64,000 nucleotides of DNA from Candidatus Babeliales bacterium. Its GTDB lineage: Bacteria; Babelota; Babeliae; Babelales; JABCYS01. Where the stretch lies: positions 27,810 to 91,809 of the forward strand of contig JAFGJD010000005.1 of NCBI GenBank assembly GCA_016929235.1. The letters run 5' to 3'. This document shows positions 1-8,848 of the stretch, piece by piece; position 1 is the first letter of the stretch, and each line of letters starts with the position of its first letter. The notes below the pieces were generated by a model, which searched no databases, had not been told where the DNA came from, and was given only the letters and a program-made list of their open reading frames with translations. Made by a program: the position numbers and the translations under genes.

Positions 1-273
1 ATAGATGTTGTTGATCGTGTTGGTGAAGAGTTTGAAGATGATGGGGAAACATCTTCTGTAGTACAGTTTATGAACTATGCTCTTCCGTTTACGATTTTGG
101 GACTTAATGTTTTGATAGCATGTGTTCTTCTTAGAGAAAAGAGAGGTCTGGAAAAAGTTGGGAAGGCATTAAAAAGGGCGGACACCGAAGTTACAACACA
201 TATGAATGCATGTGCTCGTAAGGTTGGTGAAGTTAGAGAACAGATTAGCCAAGAGCATGTAGGAGAGTCATGA
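1..273 (+). CDS. single-pass membrane protein, 5'-truncated by the window edge (member of the tandem family)
   Basis: Frame 1 is open from nt 1 to TGA 271-273. TM helix ALPFTILGLNVLIACVLL is followed by a basic tail REKRGLEKVGKALKR. The stop overlaps the next start in ATGA. Confidence 0.55.
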   Translation: MDVVDRVGEEFEDDGETSSVVQFMNYALPFTILGLNVLIACVLLREKRGLEKVGKALKRADTEVTTHMNACARKVGEVREQISQEHVGES

Positions 274-920
274 TGAATAAATTTCTCACGTATGTAATTT
301 GTTTTAGTCTTACTTTTTCATGTGCGGCTTCAACACGTAGACAACCTCGATCTAGTGAGCTGGTACCGCTGATTTCAAGCGCTGCAGGAGGATTACTTGT
401 TGCAGTTAATCTCGTGTTGTTGCACCGTGTTCGGCATAGCCGAAGATGGGTTAACAAAGTAATAAAGGATGGCAAGAATCATCAAGCACAAGCTATTCGT
501 GGCTTAAAATACGAGGTGAGGCAGTTGTCTATGACTGATGAGATGAGCGAATCAGGCGAAGAACAGCCGTTGAAGGCTATAACAGAGGGTGAGGTTGTGC
601 AGCAAGAACAATCTATGCCAACAGCTGAACCAGCACCAGAGGAACAAGCTGGTGGTGCGGCGGTTGATCCGCAAGCATTATGGCAAGGGTTTGTATACCA
701 AGAATGTAATCCGTATTGGGATCCGTATGGGTTCTGGCCATGGCAGTGGGTGCAACAATGGTGGCAGGGTCAACAGCAATGGGAGGCATACCAACAACAA
801 CAGGCCGCAGTATATTGGCAGCAATATCAGCAGCAATTATTCCAGCAGCAACAACAGATGGCTGCTCTCGTAGATCAGGCGGCGAGGGGATGCGTTGACG
901 CTGAACGGGGGACAGAATGA
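270..920 (+). CDS. signal peptide + TM protein with Gln/Trp-rich C-terminal tail (tandem family)
   Basis: 216 aa. Signal-like N-terminus MMNKFLTYVICFSLTFSCAAS, TM GGLLVAVNLVLL, basic stretch HRVRHSRRW, and a GLKYEVR motif shared with neighbours. ATGA overlaps at both ends. Confidence 0.7.
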   Translation: MMNKFLTYVICFSLTFSCAASTRRQPRSSELVPLISSAAGGLLVAVNLVLLHRVRHSRRWVNKVIKDGKNHQAQAIRGLKYEVRQLSMTDEMSESGEEQPLKAITEGEVVQQEQSMPTAEPAPEEQAGGAAVDPQALWQGFVYQECNPYWDPYGFWPWQWVQQWWQGQQQWEAYQQQQAAVYWQQYQQQLFQQQQQMAALVDQAARGCVDAERGTE

Positions 921-1324
921 AACTAAGATTTCTGGTACTGTCACTTTTATGTATGAGTCTACTCCATGCCCCTACACAACCAGAGCCAACTATTAATGAA
1001 ACAAGCGCAGAGCAAGAGACTACATCTGAATCATGGACGGCGAATCCATGGGTTGTGCCGTTGTGCCTGTCGGGTGTTGTTGCAGTGTTGATTGGTGATT
1101 TGAGTGTTGCAGTCTGGCGTACGCATACCATGGTAAATAAATTGAAGTATGAACGAAGAAGTATGCAAAAACTGGGGGGAAAATTTGCGATGGCTGCTCG
1201 GTATTATGCCCGAAGAGGTCATCATCAATTGCCTGTTCGGGTTTCTCGCAAAAAACGGCGATCAAAGCCTGGCGGTAGACCAGCTTCAACGGAGCCGTTG
1301 GACGCTGGTCGTGAAACTGAATAG
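917..1324 (+). CDS. signal peptide + TM protein (tandem family)
   Basis: 135 aa. Signal MKLRFLVLSLLCMSLLHA, TM VVPLCLSGVVAVLIGDLSVAV, then a KLKYERR motif and a basic tail. The start overlaps the previous stop (ATGA). Confidence 0.7.
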   Translation: MKLRFLVLSLLCMSLLHAPTQPEPTINETSAEQETTSESWTANPWVVPLCLSGVVAVLIGDLSVAVWRTHTMVNKLKYERRSMQKLGGKFAMAARYYARRGHHQLPVRVSRKKRRSKPGGRPASTEPLDAGRETE

Positions 1325-1349
1325 CATTACTTAGCAAAAAGGGGCATGT

Positions 1350-2165
1350 GTGAAGCATTATAAGCTTATTGGGTTAATCGTGTCGTTGGGAACGATGACA
1401 CTTCTTGCAGAGCCTGTCGATATACGAGTAAATCAAGAGCTGCAGCGCTCTGAACAAGCGGATGGTTGGTGGAGGTCGTTTCTTGCACCTTGGGCACCGG
1501 CAGGGGCATTGTGTGCAGTTGTTTTGGTTGCTACAGCGGTTATGGCAGGCAGGCTGCAGAGCCAATCTGAGAAATTTGGAAGAGCAGCGCAAAGTTTTCG
1601 AAAAGATCAGGCAAAAGCTCGTTCGGTAACAGGTATGGCATACACCGTATCTGCAAAAGTCTTCAAGGCGTTGAAGCAAGAGCGAGAGCGAGCCGAAAGA
1701 CGAGAGCGAACATATTTACGCTTCATTGAAGAGGAAAGAAGCAGGAAGTCGGGTGATGATATGGCGCATGTCCTTACGGGAGGTCAAGATGATGAAGCCG
1801 AGGTGGGCCCTGAGGCGCTTGATGAACTTGAAAAACAGCTTGAAGAACTTATGCGGCGCCAACTTATTGCCATAGATCGCCCGAGGGCAGGTGAACTAGG
1901 TGCCGATGTAATACATCAGGATATTATCGCCACCATGGAGGCTTTGGCCGAAGCCGAGTTAAAAGCATTGGAGGAGGGTGGTGATTCATCGGAGTGGGAC
2001 CAATATTCACCTGGAGCAGCTGGTGGTCCTGAGCCTAAACCGATTCGTGGTCCTGGTGATATTGCCCCGAGGCAAACGCCGGCCCTTGTAATGAATTCTG
2101 AAGCCGCCCTTGAGTTGAAACAAGGACGAGCCGCTTATCAAGATGGTCAATTAGAAAGCATTTAG
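1350..2165 (+). CDS. signal peptide + TM protein with charged coiled-coil tail (tandem family)
   Basis: 271 aa. GTG start with a purine-rich stretch AAAAAGGGG upstream. Signal MKHYKLIGLIVSLGTMTLLA, TM ALCAVVLVATAVMAG, and an E/R/K-rich helical C-terminus. Confidence 0.65.
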   Translation: MKHYKLIGLIVSLGTMTLLAEPVDIRVNQELQRSEQADGWWRSFLAPWAPAGALCAVVLVATAVMAGRLQSQSEKFGRAAQSFRKDQAKARSVTGMAYTVSAKVFKALKQERERAERRERTYLRFIEEERSRKSGDDMAHVLTGGQDDEAEVGPEALDELEKQLEELMRRQLIAIDRPRAGELGADVIHQDIIATMEALAEAELKALEEGGDSSEWDQYSPGAAGGPEPKPIRGPGDIAPRQTPALVMNSEAALELKQGRAAYQDGQLESI

Positions 2166-2266
2166 TCCAGAATATGTAAATTTTTTGCATAGGGGATGTG
2201 TATATGTGAATACAATATTATGAAATGGTAGGTAGTTTAATTGTATGGCCTGACAGAGGGTGTTTC

Positions 2267-2737
2267 ATGAAGTTGTTGAAATGGCTGAGTTGTGTATTGA
2301 TAGTAACACGTTCATTAATTGCTGCAGAGAGTGATGTAGCTGCTGCCGAGCCGCAACCAGCTGCACAAAGTATCATTTGGATAGCGCCAACAGTTGTTGT
2401 TGGGATTGGCTTTGTGACCACATTAGTTAATTTACTTCTTTTTAATCGCTTACATCATGAGGTAGATAATTGTCGTCGCGTTATGAGTTTGCAAGGTGCA
2501 GTTCTTAAGTATGTTTATGAACAACAATCTGGAAGAAAATTACCACCCAAATTAACAAGAAGAATATATAGAGAAGCTTTCAGAACAATGGAAAGGGCTG
2601 AGTTTGAAGGCGTGTTTGGTGCGAAAGAATTGCAGGCAGTTCTGCATGACAAAAGGCTGCAAGCGCCTCCATCCTATCACACTCAAGTTGCTACTGGAGA
2701 CGACAGTTCAGATGGTGAAGAATTAACCGTTAGATAA
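2267..2737 (+). CDS. signal peptide + TM protein (tandem family)
   Basis: Start placed at ATG 2267 (MKLLKWLSCVLIV), with AGAGGG 7 nt upstream. The ORF track starts at 2225. TM TVVVGIGFVTTLVNLLLF, then NRLHHE...VLKYVYE. The 3' end overlaps convergent mrdA by 15 nt. Confidence 0.65.
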   Translation: MKLLKWLSCVLIVTRSLIAAESDVAAAEPQPAAQSIIWIAPTVVVGIGFVTTLVNLLLFNRLHHEVDNCRRVMSLQGAVLKYVYEQQSGRKLPPKLTRRIYREAFRTMERAEFEGVFGAKELQAVLHDKRLQAPPSYHTQVATGDDSSDGEELTVR

Positions 2738-4450
2738 TGTACGTGAGTTAATAAGCTTGCGATATTCAAGTAAGAAGTTTTTTGCGGTTATTGTAGCCGG
2801 TCGAGAATTTCCTGCGTGCTCAAGAAGAGCAACCAAGACAAATGGTTGCTCTTCTTTGATACGGCAATGTGCAACAAACCATGCATGTTCCAATAAGTTT
2901 GTACCAAGTGTCCTGAATTTGAGACTACTGACTTGAGCGGTGCCTGTTTTAGCGTATACCTCAATATCCTTGAGTTTGTTTAAACGCCGACCAGTACCTT
3001 CAGTTACGGCAGAGCGCATTCCTTGTTGTAAAAACTCTCTGGTCTTTTTTGAGATTCTGAGCGGTTCTTTTTCAATTATTTCGGATTCTAGTATGCGTGG
3101 TTTTACTAGGTATCCCTCAAATATACTGGCGATCATACGGATGATTTGTATTGGTGTGACGAGTAAGAATCCTTGTCCGATTGCTGTCGAAAGAGTCTCC
3201 CCTTGCCACCAACGTTCATGACGAGTTTGTTGTTTCCATTGTCGGTCAGGAATTAATCCCGTTTTTTCAGGAAAGAGTACATTTGTTTTTTTTCCTAATC
3301 CAAATCGCCGTGCATAATCAGCTAGTGTGTCAATATTGATATGTTTTCCGATGTGATAAAAGAGAATATTGCATGATTCAGCAAGTGCTTCCTGTACACT
3401 CAGAGATCCATGTCCAGTATGACGAACACACCAGTGTCGATATCCGCCAAATTCATAATATCCCTTGCAATATACAATGTCGTCGGGCTCAATAAACCCT
3501 TGCTCTAGGGCGGCACTGGTTGTCACGAGTTTGAAGATCGATGCTGGTGGGTAGCAGGCATCAAATGCTCGATTTAAAAGAGCCTTCTTTTCTAATAGTT
3601 CTTGCCAACTCTGCATATCTACTGTTTTTAAAAAGATATTGGGGTCAAACGTTGGACGTGATACCAATGCTTTGATTGCTCCGGTTTTTGGGTCCATGAT
3701 AATAAATACGCCTGCGCTTTCTGCTGGAAAAATAAGTTCTGCAATTTTTTGCATTTCAAAATCAAGTGTTGTTTGAAGTGTCATGCCAGATGCGGCTTGT
3801 TTGATTTGCGCTTGTTCAAGACTCTTGCCAACAGAGTTTATTTTTTTTTTAAGTAATCCATCTTCACCCCTGAGATCTTGTTCACATAGTTTTTCAAGAC
3901 CCATTTTCCCAACATCTTCATAGCGAATATTGCCGAGAAAGCCGACTATATGGCTGGCGAGTGGGCCGTTAGGATAGAGGCGTGTGAATTGTGTGGGGAG
4001 GTCTAGATTCGGATGATTGGGAAATTGTTCGACAACCTGGCTTAACTGCTCAAAAGAAAGATCACGTGCAAGTAGGAGCTTCCTGCCAAATCGTTCGCAG
4101 ATGGCGATTTGTGTTTTGAGATCGTCACTCAATGGTTCGGTCAGTATCGTATCAATAGAATCAAGAACAAGATTTTGTTGATCGGATAATCGACGTTTAT
4201 GTGTTCCGTGCCAATAGAGATCAACCACTGGGCGGTTTGTTGCTAGGAGTACTCCGTTTATGTCGGTAATACTTCCGCGTTGTGAAAGAATTGGCTCCAT
4301 TCGTGTGTAATTTTTTGTGCATAACGTGAGAAAATAATGATGTTGTGTAATCTGCAACAGGTACAATCTTGCTGTAATCACAGCAAAGCAAGCTATGCAT
4401 CCAATAATGAGCAGCGAGAGCTTGATTCTGACAGATGCTATGGCGGTCAT
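2723..4450 (-). CDS. mrdA: penicillin-binding protein 2 (elongation transpeptidase)
   Basis: 575 aa. N-terminal TM anchor. Transpeptidase motifs SxxK (ASIFK), SxN (SCN) and KTG (KTGT). 5-nt gap to the upstream xer gene. Confidence 0.9.
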   Translation of the reverse strand: MTAIASVRIKLSLLIIGCIACFAVITARLYLLQITQHHYFLTLCTKNYTRMEPILSQRGSITDINGVLLATNRPVVDLYWHGTHKRRLSDQQNLVLDSIDTILTEPLSDDLKTQIAICERFGRKLLLARDLSFEQLSQVVEQFPNHPNLDLPTQFTRLYPNGPLASHIVGFLGNIRYEDVGKMGLEKLCEQDLRGEDGLLKKKINSVGKSLEQAQIKQAASGMTLQTTLDFEMQKIAELIFPAESAGVFIIMDPKTGAIKALVSRPTFDPNIFLKTVDMQSWQELLEKKALLNRAFDACYPPASIFKLVTTSAALEQGFIEPDDIVYCKGYYEFGGYRHWCVRHTGHGSLSVQEALAESCNILFYHIGKHINIDTLADYARRFGLGKKTNVLFPEKTGLIPDRQWKQQTRHERWWQGETLSTAIGQGFLLVTPIQIIRMIASIFEGYLVKPRILESEIIEKEPLRISKKTREFLQQGMRSAVTEGTGRRLNKLKDIEVYAKTGTAQVSSLKFRTLGTNLLEHAWFVAHCRIKEEQPFVLVALLEHAGNSRPATITAKNFLLEYRKLINSRTLSNG

Positions 4451-4455
4451 TGTCG

Positions 4456-5382
4456 TTACTCAGCAGGAACTTTCTTAGTCATGTCGTGAATTGGATGAAT
4501 TGTGTCACACATCTCAGCCAATTGTGCAGATGTTACATGCGTGTATCGTTCTGTGCTTGCCAATGTTTTGTGCCCAAGGAGCTCTTGCACGACTCGTAGA
4601 TCAACGCCTTGATTTAAAAGATGTGTTGCAAATGAGTGTCTGATTTTATGTGGTGTGATATGACGATCAACTTTTAAAAACTTTCTGAACATTTCAAAAA
4701 TTCTTTGTACCGAGCGGGTTGTAAGAGGTGTATTGCGGTAGCTTACAAAAAGATGTTCATCCCGATTTGTTGTATGTGGGCGTTCTTCTGAAAGGTATTC
4801 GATGATACGTGCTTTTGCTTTTTCACCAAATAATGCAATGCGTTCTTTTCTTCCTTTACCATAAATACGAATTACTTTGTCTTCGATATTAATATCACGA
4901 ATGTGAATTCCGATTAATTCTGAACAACGAATGCCAGTAGCGTACAGAAGCTCCAGGATTGCCTTATCGCGCTTAGGATGACGGCCCGGAAGATCTGAAT
5001 CTTGTACAGTATCAAGGAGGTGGAATATCTCATCAACACTTAAATACACGGGAAGTTTTTTATCAACACGAGGTCTGGTGAGCTTGAGCGAGAGGTCCTT
5101 TCCAAATGTTTTGATAAATTTTTCAAATGATTTAAAACATGACATTTTTCGAGCAATGGAACTTTTGTCAATTTTTTTATAGTACAGATGTACGAAAAAA
5201 CGTTCTATAGTTTGTTGCAGTGGAAGCGCCTGCTGTTCGGTTCTTTCGATCTCGTTCCAAAATTCTATGAATTGCTTGAGATCAGCAGCGTATGCACGAA
5301 CAGTATTATGAGACATATTCCGTTCGATTTTTAAGTGATCTAAAAAGGTGTCTTTTTTTTCGGTGAACTCGGAAATTCGCAT
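4456..5382 (-). CDS. tyrosine site-specific recombinase, XerC/XerD family
   Basis: R-H-R-Y signature contexts ATGIRCSEL, HKIRHSFATHLL and LGHKTLASTERYTHV. Start moved to ATG 5382 (AAGGAG 7 nt upstream). The ORF track starts at 5412. Confidence 0.85.
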   Translation of the reverse strand: MRISEFTEKKDTFLDHLKIERNMSHNTVRAYAADLKQFIEFWNEIERTEQQALPLQQTIERFFVHLYYKKIDKSSIARKMSCFKSFEKFIKTFGKDLSLKLTRPRVDKKLPVYLSVDEIFHLLDTVQDSDLPGRHPKRDKAILELLYATGIRCSELIGIHIRDINIEDKVIRIYGKGRKERIALFGEKAKARIIEYLSEERPHTTNRDEHLFVSYRNTPLTTRSVQRIFEMFRKFLKVDRHITPHKIRHSFATHLLNQGVDLRVVQELLGHKTLASTERYTHVTSAQLAEMCDTIHPIHDMTKKVPAE

Positions 5383-5464
5383 GATTATCTCCTTTTCGTG
5401 TCTGCGGATCATGCGTGCATCTTAAAATATCCGACATTCTTAATCAAGAAAGGATATTATATTA

Positions 5465-5902
5465 TCAGGTGCCGACTCTTCGGCCTCTTCCCCAAGGATG
5501 GCCCGTATTCCATTTGCTCCAGAGTGTGTCAGGAGATTGGCAGAATAAGCTTCCTATAGCACCGAGTGCATGAGCGGAGATGGATGGAGAGTGTTCATAA
5601 TAGGCATGTGCGATGGCATCTTGTGTATCCAGGGTCCAATGTGCGGCGAGCCAGGCGGCAATGGCATGGAGATAGAATCCCTTGTCAGTGATAATCCGAT
5701 TTCTGAGTTGTTTAGTTGCAAACTGTGTAAGATAGTGAATGCTAAAGGCAGCTGCTGTTTGAGCAATAAAACTTTTTATTCGCATGTTCATAGAGGTGTG
5801 GTGCCTGTGCCTTTGCATGAATGAGTGGAATTCTTCTTCGGTCGATGCCGCCAAAGCAAGTGAGCTGAGCATGCATGTGCTTAGTAGTAGTTTTTTTATC
5901 AT
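5465..5902 (-). CDS. hypothetical secreted His-rich protein
   Basis: Signal peptide MIKKLLLSTCMLSSLALAAS. GGAG upstream of ATG 5902. Lies 18 nt downstream of the 922-aa regulator gene. No family recognised. Confidence 0.55.
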   Translation of the reverse strand: MIKKLLLSTCMLSSLALAASTEEEFHSFMQRHRHHTSMNMRIKSFIAQTAAAFSIHYLTQFATKQLRNRIITDKGFYLHAIAAWLAAHWTLDTQDAIAHAYYEHSPSISAHALGAIGSLFCQSPDTLWSKWNTGHPWGRGRRVGT

Positions 5903-5920
5903 ACCGTATAACTCCATGTA

Positions 5921-8689
5921 TTATTCCAAATGAAATTCTTTACAACGACGGCTAACCGATGAGCGATTTACGCCAAGGAACGTTGCTATTTTATTTTGGT
6001 TTTTGAACTTATGCCATAAAAGGATCATGACTTTTTTGTCACGAAGTGCTTGCTTTCCTAAACGAGCTGCGTGTGCAAGATCAGGATCGGTACCCGTGTA
6101 GGTAAGATTAAACTCGGTGTCGTGTGTCGGTGCAACATTGTTTTTTTTCGATTTTTGAGATAGCAATATATGAATTTTTGCTCTGAGTCCATGCAAGCTG
6201 AGCGGCCTGTGTTCAAGTATTTTGGCCTTATCCTTCTCCGTGAGTGAAAAGAGATTCTTAAAGGTGTTATTCCTGATTGCTTGATCATTATACTGTTCTG
6301 CAAGTTCTAATAACTCATCAGAATGCAATGATAGTAATGACGGCATGTGTAGAGTTCCCTGTTTGAGACTTTCTAATAGTTCCCTTGAGAACTTACCATC
6401 GTGTACAAGAGTTTGTAGATTTTTGTCGGTAGAGCATATGATGCGTGCGTCACTTGAGCGCTTAATGTCACTCTTGAATAATCTGAAGTATCCATACTTG
6501 AGATATTCGGTCAGATGCTTTTGTGCATCAAGTGAGAGTCTATCAACATTTGGGATAAAGATTGTCCCGACCTTATTGGCCTGTTCAAACAGGGAAGGCG
6601 CTTCGGTTTTGCCAAAGATTGGGTTTAGACCAAAAAGTTGTATCGCTGTATCCACTTCATTTTGTGGTAATGCATCAGAAGATAGAGAGACAGTATGGAG
6701 TTTTGTCCTGCCGCTCATGATGTGTAAACAGTTAACAATGGATACAGTGTCTTCCTCAGGTACATCAACTAGGATTGCTGTGTTTGAAAGGGCCATTTTC
6801 ATGAGCTTCAGTTTAAAATCTGTCATCATGGCGCCATTGCCAGGGATAACGTTATTGATCATATTTCCGGCTTTTGTGGCATGAAGATAGAGCAGGTAGT
6901 CCCACTGACTTGGATCTGAAAGTGACTCCAAGTGTTCATTTAAGATATCTGCAATTTGAGGAGGTCGTAGTACCATGAGCACATTATTATGCTCTAGATT
7001 AGGAATCCCAATTAAGGTAATTCTATTTCCATTTACATCGTACGCTGACATATTGACTTGCCCACGATAAATTTCAACTTGTTTTGCGAGTCTCCTTAGG
7101 GCTTTTACTAGGGGGTGACCATCTTGCGTATTGATGTTTTCAGGAACGAATTGGTGTATTGCCTGGTTGCCCAAAAAGAATTTACGATTTTTATAAAACA
7201 GAATTCCTTGTTCACGTTCTCGTGCTTTTTTCATGAAGAGCCAGATGCTTTCTTTCAGATGTCGTATCTCCTGTATTTTCGAATGCAAAGCCTCTTCTAT
7301 AATTTTATCCTTTTGTAGTAGGGCATTTAAATTTTTGTTCTGTAGTAGATGAAGAATGTTTCCAAGATAACTTGCAAACACAATCATTTCGTCACGTTCA
7401 ACATTATTATAGAATTCTTTTTTCTTACGAGCTTCTTGTTCAACTATAATATATCCGGTTAATGTATTGTTATCCCAGATAGGTAAGAAGATGTCTGCGT
7501 TAATAGTCGCAAGGAATGATAAGATTTTTTTATTGGTTTCATCATCATTATAAAAAACATCGAATGCTAATTCGTCAGTAATAAAAATTTTCTTTTCTTT
7601 CAAGATCTCTAGGACATTGTTGCTTGGTGAGTTTAAACTTATAAAATTTTCTGCAGTAGATTCGAGATAATCATGTTCACCATATTGTTGTGCCTTTTCA
7701 TTCCCCTCTGTGTTTAGTGGTCTAATAATTAAATGTGTTCTGTGATAAGGAACATTAAACGCAACTTTGAAGAAGTTTCGTACAGTATGGAGTAACTCTT
7801 GTGATGTTGTAATACAACCGAGCTGTTCCAGGATTTCTCTAAAGTTATCAATGAAGTTAAATGAGTCTTTAAGTTCAACATGTTGTTTCATATTAAGGAA
7901 CCGAAGCCCCATCATTTGTTTGGCAATGAAATAAATAGCGGTTGTCATCAACATACTAGCAACACTGTATACTGCGGGGCTGTTGGTTATGGGTTGTGCA
8001 AATTTCAGATTATTCCAGAACGAAAATGGTGACCACTGAATGAGATCAGCAAGGATGTAAGGGATGAAGATGATTTGTATAAGCGTTTTTGCTTGATGTT
8101 TTAGTAGCTTCGGTAGAGATGCCCTATGTACTTTGCCGAGTGCTATAAACAGAAGCGGTAATGTGAAAAGCTCGTAAATACATGCGATTGTTTCAAGTCG
8201 AATTTCAAAGGGTGTAAGCGTCTTGAGGTTATAATAAAAGAATGCAAAGTAAAAAAACGACGCTGAAAGGCATGCCGCACCAAATATGTATGCTTTATGT
8301 ACCCATGAAAGTGGGCTGTTTTTATTGATCAGACTCTCTACAAAGAGAGCAACAACTGAAGATTGTAAAGCAAAAAATGCCCAACCCAAACGTAGGAGGA
8401 AAAACTGTGCCATAGGGGGAATATGAAAAAAAGTTCGACCAAGAAGAACAATAATCCATACAAAATCAACGATAAACGAACTTGTTAGTAATACAAGTAA
8501 TGTTCGCCATGGCCGCACCGGTTTGGACGCTTTGTAGCCATGTATTGCTAGCCTGAGTGCAATAGAGGCCTTCACTATAATTGATGAGGCCATGACAACT
8601 ACAAGAAATGCTGGATTTATCGTGATTTTATAAAGGTTTGAAAGTAGTTGTATCATGGCGATTGCGTCCTTCTTGTTGTTGGTGTACAA
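5921..8689 (-). CDS. membrane-anchored regulator: multi-TM N-domain, GAF-like region, degenerate sigma54-activator-like domain, Fis-type HTH
   Basis: 922 aa. About 7 hydrophobic helices in the first ~270 aa. The C-terminus NQNKIATFLGVNRSSVSRRCKEF resembles a Fis/NtrC HTH. The preceding ~230 aa align in order with an NtrC AAA+ core but lack Walker A, Walker B and GAFTGA. TTG at 8689 or, more likely, ATG at 8656 is the start. Confidence 0.6.
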   Translation of the reverse strand: MYTNNKKDAIAMIQLLSNLYKITINPAFLVVVMASSIIVKASIALRLAIHGYKASKPVRPWRTLLVLLTSSFIVDFVWIIVLLGRTFFHIPPMAQFFLLRLGWAFFALQSSVVALFVESLINKNSPLSWVHKAYIFGAACLSASFFYFAFFYYNLKTLTPFEIRLETIACIYELFTLPLLFIALGKVHRASLPKLLKHQAKTLIQIIFIPYILADLIQWSPFSFWNNLKFAQPITNSPAVYSVASMLMTTAIYFIAKQMMGLRFLNMKQHVELKDSFNFIDNFREILEQLGCITTSQELLHTVRNFFKVAFNVPYHRTHLIIRPLNTEGNEKAQQYGEHDYLESTAENFISLNSPSNNVLEILKEKKIFITDELAFDVFYNDDETNKKILSFLATINADIFLPIWDNNTLTGYIIVEQEARKKKEFYNNVERDEMIVFASYLGNILHLLQNKNLNALLQKDKIIEEALHSKIQEIRHLKESIWLFMKKAREREQGILFYKNRKFFLGNQAIHQFVPENINTQDGHPLVKALRRLAKQVEIYRGQVNMSAYDVNGNRITLIGIPNLEHNNVLMVLRPPQIADILNEHLESLSDPSQWDYLLYLHATKAGNMINNVIPGNGAMMTDFKLKLMKMALSNTAILVDVPEEDTVSIVNCLHIMSGRTKLHTVSLSSDALPQNEVDTAIQLFGLNPIFGKTEAPSLFEQANKVGTIFIPNVDRLSLDAQKHLTEYLKYGYFRLFKSDIKRSSDARIICSTDKNLQTLVHDGKFSRELLESLKQGTLHMPSLLSLHSDELLELAEQYNDQAIRNNTFKNLFSLTEKDKAKILEHRPLSLHGLRAKIHILLSQKSKKNNVAPTHDTEFNLTYTGTDPDLAHAARLGKQALRDKKVMILLWHKFKNQNKIATFLGVNRSSVSRRCKEFHLE

Positions 8690-8848
8690 TCCAGATGGTT
8701 TTAATAATCAGAGGTCCAACTTAATCGAAAGGGTTGTCATGTTTATGCTCCTTCTCTCGTTTTTTCTGTTCACAAGCCCTCCGGGCTGGCCTTAGTTGCA
8801 ACAAGGTACCAGCATTTTTTGGTTTAACCAAATGGCGGGGATAAATGG

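Noticed and set aside
4456-5382. Tyrosine recombinase as a marker of an integrated mobile element
   Set aside because: It has XerC/D-type motifs and is tightly coupled (5-nt gap) to mrdA. There is no adjacent tRNA, direct repeat, phage gene or transposase gene, so I treat it as the chromosomal Xer recombinase. I also saw no obvious dif-like site in the window.
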